DNA from: Nitrososphaera viennensis EN76
GTDB lineage: Archaea > Thermoproteota > Nitrososphaeria > Nitrososphaerales > Nitrososphaeraceae
Assembly: GCF_000698785.1 (NCBI RefSeq)
Contig: NZ_CP007536.1
Coordinates: forward strand, 2,130,001-2,162,000
Direction: 5' to 3'
Length of the DNA stretch: 32,000 nucleotides
Position numbers and translations under genes: made by a program. The stretch's first letter is position 1. Each line of letters opens with the position of its first letter. Positions 26,597-32,000 of the stretch are shown here, one piece after another. Under the pieces are notes generated by a model. It worked only from the letters and a program-made list of their open reading frames with translations. It was not told the origin of the DNA and did no database searches.

Positions 26597-26873
26597 GTTT
26601 GTTGGCTTGTATGATCGTATTTTTCCTATTTCTTCAGATAGCCAATCCTCTCCAACTGACTCCCGAACTTTTTTTTACGCTCTCAATGAACACATCGAGA
26701 TTCATATGACGCATAGTCTATTCTGATGAGATACATACAATCTAGTTATGTTTTGCCAACTTATGCCCAATGTAAATCCATCCAAAGCTTACAATCTTGG
26801 CTCGCTACCAATGGGGATATTCGTGGGTATTCATGCAACATTTCATATACAAGGTCAAGCGTGGAATTGGCTA

Positions 26874-26966
26874 GGGCCCGTCGCCTAGTCAGGACAGGGT
26901 GCTGATCTGAAAAAGAGCGCATGCCTCCGGAGCTAGTTGTCGTGGGATCGAAGCCCACCGGGCCCG
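26874..26966 (+). tRNA. tRNA-Arg (anticodon CCG) with an 18-nt non-canonical intron between positions 29/30
   Basis: 7-bp acceptor stem GGGCCCG/CGGGCCC. D arm GCCT-AGTCAGGACA-GGGT. T arm GTGGG-ATCGAAG-CCCAC. Discriminator G. Removing 26905-26922 yields the anticodon arm CTGGC-CTCCGGA-GCTAG and a 75-nt mature tRNA. Confidence 0.78.
26905..26922 (+). other. tRNA intron bounded by a bulge-helix-bulge motif
   Basis: Outer helix 26896-98/26924-26. Bulge 26903-05. Central 4-bp helix 26899-902/26917-20 (G-C, U-G, G-C, C-G). Bulge 26921-23. Inner helix 26906-08/26914-16 with loop GAAAA. Confidence 0.7.
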
Positions 26967-27069
26967 CTTACTCCACTTATCGAGTCCACACCTTAAAAGC
27001 GCAGAAAATACGAAATTAGCGGAGGGAAAACAGGGAAACAAGAGCTGCAAGAAAAGAAGCAAGGATCTT

Positions 27070-28395
27070 TTGAAGGACGACGATGTAAGGAGATGGTACG
27101 AAAACCCGTCCAGAAGCAGCAAGCTGAACGCAGATGTATATCTGCGCAGGCTGAGGCTCTTTTGCGAGCAAAGGCACACGACACCAAGCAAGCTCGTCAC
27201 CATCGGTACCGCCAACCCAAAGCAGGTCGAAGACATGCTGCATGACCACGTTCAGCAGCTGGAGACTGAAGGTTACGCGCCATCCTACATCAAGGGTGTC
27301 CTAAAAGCAGCCAAGTCGTGGCTTTCGTACAACTATGTCGAGCTGAAACGCAAGATAAAGGTGGCAAATGCCGACATGGCAGTCACCTTGCAGGACGAAA
27401 GGGTGCCCACAAGGGAAGAGCTGAAAGCCGTACTGAATCATGCTTCGGTAAGAGCAAGGGCAAGTGCAGGCCTGATCGCATTTGCCGGATTGAGGCCGCA
27501 GGTTCTGGGAAACGCTTCTGCTTCCGACGGGCTGACTGTTGGAGATATACCCGACCTGAAGATAGTCGACGGAAAAGCTGTGTTCCAGACAGTGCCGGCG
27601 ATGGTCATCGTAAGGTCAACATTGAGCAAGGCAAGGCACAGGTATTTTACGTTCCTTACAAGCGAAGGGTGTGAATATCTGGCTGCATACCTTGACAAGA
27701 GAATTGCCAGCGGCGAGATCATCAATGAAAGCTCTGCTCTGATAACCCTCAGCCAGGGATACTTGATGAAAGGGAAAAACAAAGATGCTGGCAAGAAGTT
27801 CATCACCACACCTGCAATCACAAAAGAGATCAGAGAAGCTATACTGCCTGTAATCAAAGCCCGACCTTACGTTCTGAGGGCGTACTTTGACACTCCGCTA
27901 TTGTTAGCTGAAAGCCAGGGCAAGATTGCACACGCTTACAGACAGTTCTTCATGGGACACAAGGGTGACATCGAAGCCCGGTACACCACGAACAAGGGAA
28001 GGCTGCCTGATGAATTGCTGACAGACATGAGAAGAGCTTTCAGAGAATCAGAACGATTCCTGAGTACGGCCACAGCGGAGGTCCAAGAACAAGACAGAAA
28101 ACAGCTGCTGCTTGAAATGTGGAGGGAGCAGGCCAAGCTGTACGGCATCGACCCGATGAAGATAAAGATAGAAAAGCAAAGAGACGGCAAACCTCATGGC
28201 ATCGAAGATGAGATGCTTGCGATAAAGGACGCGATTGCAAAGGCAAGGGGGTTGAATGTAGAAAGCTATGAGGGAAAATTGGTGGCAGAAGAAGAACTTG
28301 TCTCTTACGTCCAGAGTGGATGGGACATAGTGAAGGAGCTGAGGAGCGGCAAGGTTCTGGTCAGGAAGAGGGTCTGTCATCAACTAGCAACTTGA
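27070..28395 (+). CDS. tyrosine recombinase / integrase (TTG start)
   Basis: Box I Arg in FAGLRPQ. Box II-like RPYVLRAYF. FMGHKGDIEARY carries the His/Trp-position His and the catalytic Tyr. About 136 aa follow the Tyr. Confidence 0.88.
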   Translation: MKDDDVRRWYENPSRSSKLNADVYLRRLRLFCEQRHTTPSKLVTIGTANPKQVEDMLHDHVQQLETEGYAPSYIKGVLKAAKSWLSYNYVELKRKIKVANADMAVTLQDERVPTREELKAVLNHASVRARASAGLIAFAGLRPQVLGNASASDGLTVGDIPDLKIVDGKAVFQTVPAMVIVRSTLSKARHRYFTFLTSEGCEYLAAYLDKRIASGEIINESSALITLSQGYLMKGKNKDAGKKFITTPAITKEIREAILPVIKARPYVLRAYFDTPLLLAESQGKIAHAYRQFFMGHKGDIEARYTTNKGRLPDELLTDMRRAFRESERFLSTATAEVQEQDRKQLLLEMWREQAKLYGIDPMKIKIEKQRDGKPHGIEDEMLAIKDAIAKARGLNVESYEGKLVAEEELVSYVQSGWDIVKELRSGKVLVRKRVCHQLAT

Positions 28396-28404
28396 GCAGC
28401 GTCT

Positions 28405-28712
28405 CTACAGCCCCTTCTTCTTTTTGTATGCATCTTCAGATATTGCTGATAAAAGTGTGTTGACCAGTTTCAGATAAGGTTCGATGGCGCTGCTTACAAT
28501 GACATCGACAAATTCATGCCGCAGGGTCTGTAGCGCCCCATCGACATCCAATGAATAGACGAATATGGTATCACCGAGAACTTCACCTTCCTTCTTTGAA
28601 TCTGCTTTGGGAGACCAGACAACCTTAAACTCGGTCTTTATTCCTGCCCTAGCCTTTAGCCTTTTCAGCTCTCGAGGATGAAGGAACCGTTCTGTTCAAG
28701 TCTTGGATTCAT
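28405..28712 (-). pseudogene. frameshifted small ORF
   Basis: ATG 28712 sits about 25 nt downstream of a TTTTATACA box and reads MNPRLEQNGSFILES then stop. Another frame is open from 28695 to the TAG at 28407-28405 (96 codons) with no start near its 5' end: TERFLHPRELKRLKARAGIKTEFKVVWSPKADSKKEGEVLGDTIFVYSLDVDGALQTLRHEFVDVIVSSAIEPYLKLVNTLLSAISEDAYKKKKGL. Confidence 0.3.
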
Positions 28713-28794
28713 TGCCAAGTGATAAGTCAAATGTATAAAAGCCGTGAAACCGCGAGAAAACTACTGAAATTTAGTGCAAAATGAAAGATGGTTT

Positions 28795-29223
28795 TTCGTC
28801 TTAAATATCTTGGATGCATAAAATAGCACAGAGTAGAGTAAATCAAAGCCAAACTACAGTCTGTCCGGCAGGATCAAAAGCTCACCTGTACCTGGACACG
28901 GGGAGACTGCTGTAGCATTTGCCTTTTTTTGAATTATGCTTTGGAAAATGCAGTTTTGATGCGTGACGCATCAAAGAACTTAAGTACAAGGTATGCAAGT
29001 AGCACAAGACAATTGCCGATTGTTCCGCCACAGCAAAAAGAAATTTCGGGGTCAATTTCCGCCTTAAATATTTACGACGTGTATTATGGTGTAGCATAAA
29101 CTAAGAACCGAACGACCGTTGTCCGTCAGGACAAAACCCGTCGGTACCAGTGGTACCAAAAGAACGCGGTGCCGTAGCACCAACCTATTTTGAATTATGA
29201 TTTATCCAGCAGACTGCAGTTTT
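28795..29223. repeat. degenerate tandem units of about 260 bp (second unit interrupted by the IS)
   Basis: Shared landmarks occur at offsets of about 258-266 bp: CTTAAATAT (28799/29063), TGTCCG.CAGGA (28862/29120), GAATTATG (28931/29191) and TGCAGTTTT (28949/29215). AAAGAACTTAA.TACA is at 28973 and after the IS at 29951. Confidence 0.6.
29143..29181. repeat. dyad sites left of the IS: GGTACCAGTGGTACC (29143-29157) and GGTGCCGTAGCACC (29168-29181)
   Basis: Read directly from the sequence. Same motif family as the 29995-30209 array. Confidence 0.85.
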
Positions 29224-29950
29224 GGTGCCCCGGGGGCTCCGTTAACTTAGCCACCATCCTTGGCCAGGAATGTCATAAACCGTATCATGTCTGCGCCCAT
29301 ATGCAGGTACAGTAAAAATAATTTGAACCAGTTCCAGACATGCTGTCTGTCACAATTCTCCTTCCTGCATGGAAAGTGGTCGTCAAAACACTCCGTCCTG
29401 TCCTTGATATGCTGTATAAACCGCTCCATCAAATTCTTCAATTCTGTACCGTACACATAATGGCGTAATCTGAGCCACCTGCAAGCATCATTGTACCACT
29501 GAGCACCGTCTGTGAATATCGGCCTCCTTCCATACCTCCTTTGCAACTGCTTGAAGAACTGGTAACATACGAAAATGGTCCTCTCACGAGACAGATGCAT
29601 CATCAAGCATGTGCCAATAGTTGGTTCGTACGCTATCCATAGCCAATAGTCATGCCCATCTATCTGCAATAGTGTTTCGTCAACAAATATTGCCCTGACA
29701 AGGCGTCTGTCTGTCCGGAACCTGTCTGCAAGGCTGGAATATTTCTGTACCCATTTCCATACAGCAACGTGGCTCCTTCTCTTTATTGGTGATAGCGATC
29801 TGGCTGCCAGCCGAAAGCTCCTAGAATTAAAATACAGGTACAGTGCATATCTGATTATAGCTGGGTCTGTCCTCTTTCTCATGCCAATGAAAAGCTAGGA
29901 CAGTCCTAGCTATACAGATTACCCTAAGTTAACAGAGCCCCCCGGGCATC
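29224..29950 (-). mobile_element. IS6-family insertion sequence (about 727 bp)
   Basis: Terminal inverted repeats GGTGCCCCGGGGGCTCCGTTAACTTAG (29224-29250) and, as reverse complement of 29924-29950, GATGCCCGGGGGGCTCTGTTAACTTAG match at 24/27 positions. It has a single DDE transposase ORF. Confidence 0.8.
29247..29882 (-). CDS. IS6-family DDE transposase
   Basis: 211 aa with FVDETLLQIDGHDYWLWIAYEP (first D), PIFTDGAQWY (second D) and LMERFIQHIKDR (E). The size and the ORF ending inside the IR are typical of IS6. Confidence 0.85.
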   Translation of the reverse strand: MRKRTDPAIIRYALYLYFNSRSFRLAARSLSPIKRRSHVAVWKWVQKYSSLADRFRTDRRLVRAIFVDETLLQIDGHDYWLWIAYEPTIGTCLMMHLSRERTIFVCYQFFKQLQRRYGRRPIFTDGAQWYNDACRWLRLRHYVYGTELKNLMERFIQHIKDRTECFDDHFPCRKENCDRQHVWNWFKLFLLYLHMGADMIRFMTFLAKDGG

Positions 29951-29994
29951 AAAGAACTTAAATACATGATATATAAAGAACGGCTAAACCAACT

Positions 29995-30209
29995 GGCACC
30001 AGTGGTGCCATTCCTGCAGGCTGGTGCCAAATTTTGATACCAGTGGTACCAGTTTTGGCACCAGGGCACGGATATGTGGTACCAGTGGTACCAAAATGAC
30101 TGGTACCAGCATCAAAAAATGGCACCAGTGGTGCCAAACATGTGCAGTGGTACCACTGGTACCAACTTTCAGCAGGATGGACACTCAACCTGGTACCAGC
30201 GATGGCGCC
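29995..30209. repeat. phased array of 15-bp dyad GGYACC-AGT-GGTRCC plus half-sites
   Basis: Full sites at 29995-30009, 30036-30050 (GATACC first half), 30078-30092, 30121-30135 and 30149-30163 (ACT spacer). Partial sites at 30023-28, 30057-69, 30102-09, 30192-99 and 30204-09. Confidence 0.9.
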
Positions 30210-30516
30210 AGACAGGATCAAGTGATACGCCGATGCATAGCCTGCCAACGGTGGGAAATAACATGAAGAACCACAGTCGTGGTCATGACTTGATACGCCT
30301 GACAAAGCGACACATAAGGTGTTATCAAACCCGGTTAACCCTAGCTCACCAAAATGATTGTAAAGATATTTGCCGTCGCAGAGCATTGTTCTTGCGCTTT
30401 CGGACACTGCTCTAGTTCTGCCGCAGAATGGCAATAAAGCTGTGTGTACCTACAATGCAAAAAGATAGTTGCTGCTGGTGCCAGCAATTCCCCCGCATTA
30501 TCCATTTTCATGTCCA

Positions 30517-30683
30517 ATTTTCTTTAACCTTATCATACATTTTCTATCTGTCCAACTACGTTGTATGCTAAGATCCTGTCGTTTGTTTACGATTGATATT
30601 TACCCTAACTCTGTGCCGTTGCTTCCCTATTTTCTATCTGCAATCCGTCTTTAAATTGTGCATTACATCCAATTTTCTATTCG
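30517..30683. repeat. ATTTTCTAT repeats in AT-rich non-coding gap
   Basis: Exact ATTTTCTAT at 30539, 30629 and 30672. The 12-mer ATTTTCTATCTG occurs exactly at 30539-50 and 30629-40. A variant AATTTTCTTTA is at 30516-26. Confidence 0.75.
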
Positions 30684-31038
30684 CGTTATTTTTGATGGTA
30701 CTGTTCCACGTGTGTTAGCTACTACAAGACAGATGCCATTTTGGAAGAATGCATTGATTCCTTTCATTTCAAGCCGATATCAGCTTCGAGCTCTCGCTGA
30801 ATGTTTACCGTATTTTTTACATCATCAAGTTCCATTGCCACTGCCAACAAAATAATCATACTTCAAGAATCCGCTTTATCTGTCTTGGAAATTCATGTTC
30901 TTCTTTCACCATCCTGCTCAGCTGCGAGCATAAACTCGAGTCCCTCTGCAGATGTGCATCTTGAAGCTTCAAAAGGTACAGAATGTTTTATTGTGTAAAG
31001 CTGCCTGGTAACTGTCTGCCAGAGCAGACCTTCCTCAT

Positions 31039-31587
31039 TTACCGGTTTTGAATCATCCTTCTGTCAGGACTGTTCATATTTCTTCTTCTATCGATAAAGT
31101 ACACCACAAACCCTGCCACCGTTGTTATAAATCCAATCATCAGCAAAATGGCCGAGATCGTCAGCGATTGCAGATATGGCTCGCTTGCATCAAACATTGG
31201 TGGATGGCCAAAAGCTGCTACAAACTTGACATTCTGCTCATTGCTGCCCTCTATAGTCAGCTTGTAGTTTCCAGCTTGCTTGACTGGAAAAGTACCAATA
31301 ACTGGCTGGCTCTTGGAGCCTATCCTGGTCTTGAGCACGATGCTACCGTCTGGAGCAGCGACTTGTACTCCAACTTCCTTTCCCTCCTTGAGCACTACAG
31401 CAAACATGCCGACTGTCTCTCCATTGCCAGTACCTGCAAAATATTTGGTCATGCTGAATATCTGCCCGGGTTCTAGTGATATGCCCGGCTGCTTTGATGC
31501 AAATGTGTCAGTGTACATGACCAGTAGCAACACAGCTGCAAAAACCATCGCTATTCCTGCCTTGAGCACCAGTATACCTCGGCTCAT
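31039..31587 (-). CDS. hypothetical surface protein (signal/anchor N-terminus, beta-rich ectodomain, C-terminal TM + RRR)
   Basis: 182 aa with hydrophobic segments at both ends (AGIAMVFAAVLLLVMY; ISAILLMIGFITTVAGFVVYFI followed by DRRRN). Confidence 0.6.
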   Translation of the reverse strand: MSRGILVLKAGIAMVFAAVLLLVMYTDTFASKQPGISLEPGQIFSMTKYFAGTGNGETVGMFAVVLKEGKEVGVQVAAPDGSIVLKTRIGSKSQPVIGTFPVKQAGNYKLTIEGSNEQNVKFVAAFGHPPMFDASEPYLQSLTISAILLMIGFITTVAGFVVYFIDRRRNMNSPDRRMIQNR

Positions 31588-31833
31588 ACAGCCGTATGCA
31601 TCGTGACTTTAAAAGGCGTAAAAATGCCCTTCAATTTTTCTGCCTTTTATGAGCACATGGCCGTTTGGCTTGTGGATGTATTCGTGACGTTACTATCAAC
31701 ATTGGTAATAGTGGTATTATTTTCCTCATCAGCTGTTGTTGATTCCGCCGCTACTACTATCATCGACAACATGCAGCAACAACCGCCACAGCAGCCGTCT
31801 GGTCCCGATCTGCCGGGCCAATTTATGTCGCTT

Positions 31834-32000
31834 CTATTCAAGCTCTTCAGTGACGGCGTTGCCGGCTCGTTTGCCTATCTTGTAGACAGCCTGGGCGGCG
31901 AGCATGGAATATACTTCTTTTTGGTGTACCTGCCTGTAGTACCTGATCCTTCCAGCTCTTCCTTTGTTACAAGCGGCAGTAGCAGCACAGATACAGTCGG
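31834..32000 (-). CDS. partial CDS (C-terminus only; enters from right edge), hypothetical
   Basis: The reverse complement is open from 32000 to the TAG at 31836-31834: ...DCICAATAACNKGRAGRIRYYRQVHQKEVYSMLAAQAVYKIGKRAGNAVTEELE. A plus-strand reading of the same DNA is also open, so the strand is uncertain. Confidence 0.3.
   Translation of the reverse strand, partial: DCICAATAACNKGRAGRIRYYRQVHQKEVYSMLAAQAVYKIGKRAGNAVTEELE

Larger units (their letters stand above)
26967..32000. mobile_element. putative integrated element (partial; right end not in window)
   Basis: The integrase lies immediately 3' of the tRNA. The DNA is AT-richer and carries an IS, broken small ORFs and repeat arrays. I found no direct repeat of the tRNA 3' half in the window. 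Confidence 0.5.

Noticed and set aside
26902-26913. Reading the tRNA as tRNA-Phe (GAA) with a canonical 37/38 intron
   Set aside because: No 3' strand can pair with CTGAT to form the anticodon stem. The 29/30 intron model gives a full stem and a complete BHB motif.
26761-26958. 65-aa minus-strand ORF
   Set aside because: It lies antisense across the tRNA gene and its promoter, so it is almost certainly spurious.
28882-29097. 71-aa minus-strand ORF
   Set aside because: It lies within the degenerate 260-bp tandem units. The translation is basic and low complexity, and the equivalent frame is not maintained in the second unit.
29995-30209. CRISPR array
   Set aside because: The repeat is only 15 bp and is itself a dyad. 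Spacers are irregular (about 10-28 bp) and contain half-sites. There are no cas genes or leader.
29958-30434. ORFs of 66-158 aa on both strands across the dyad array (29958..30434, 29984..30184, 30024..30266, 30074..30415)
   Set aside because: Their sequences are periodic translations of the DNA repeat (GTSGT, WYQWYQ, LVPLVP). Several frames are open at once, which is typical of repeat DNA rather than of a gene.
31647-31841. 64-aa Cys-rich ORF (CCGGCCC)
   Set aside because: The sequence is low complexity (Thr/Asn/Cys runs). Its start overlaps the stop of the partial CDS entering from the right edge. There is no supporting signal.

Overview
The gene content suggests a chromosomal segment from an ammonia-oxidising thaumarchaeon, probably Nitrososphaera-like. 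This is an inference, not a database hit. It rests on a Cdv/ESCRT-III plus Vps4 division locus, archaeal-type IleRS and ArgRS, a tRNA with a bulge-helix-bulge intron, and many membrane-anchored Rieske- or cupredoxin-like proteins. Core genes are ileS, argS, ppa, trmI, a HAD phosphatase, a dual-specificity phosphatase, a Rieske ferredoxin, DUF192, a TrmB-family regulator, two cdvB paralogs followed by cdvC (vps4), and a 914-aa secreted multidomain protein. Three stretches look accessory. (i) About 575-1700 is a very GC-rich, bacterial-looking islet holding a DUF899 gene and a truncated PhnB/VOC-like remnant. (ii) About 7990-8900 is an AT-rich islet with two divergent tail-anchored orphan genes. 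(iii) From about 25.3 kb to the right edge the DNA is AT-richer. It holds an orphan gene split by an A8 frameshift, then tRNA-Arg(CCG) with a non-canonical 18-nt intron, then a tyrosine integrase directly downstream of the tRNA. Further right come a frameshifted small gene, degenerate ~260-bp tandem units, an IS6-family element, a phased array of a 15-bp dyad (GGYACC-AGT-GGTRCC), an AT-rich non-coding gap with ATTTTCTAT repeats, and a membrane protein. The most interesting signal is the dyad array together with the AT-rich gap. I read it as a candidate replication-origin or centromere-like module of an integrated element whose far end lies outside the window. All family assignments come from motifs read by eye. 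No searches were run.
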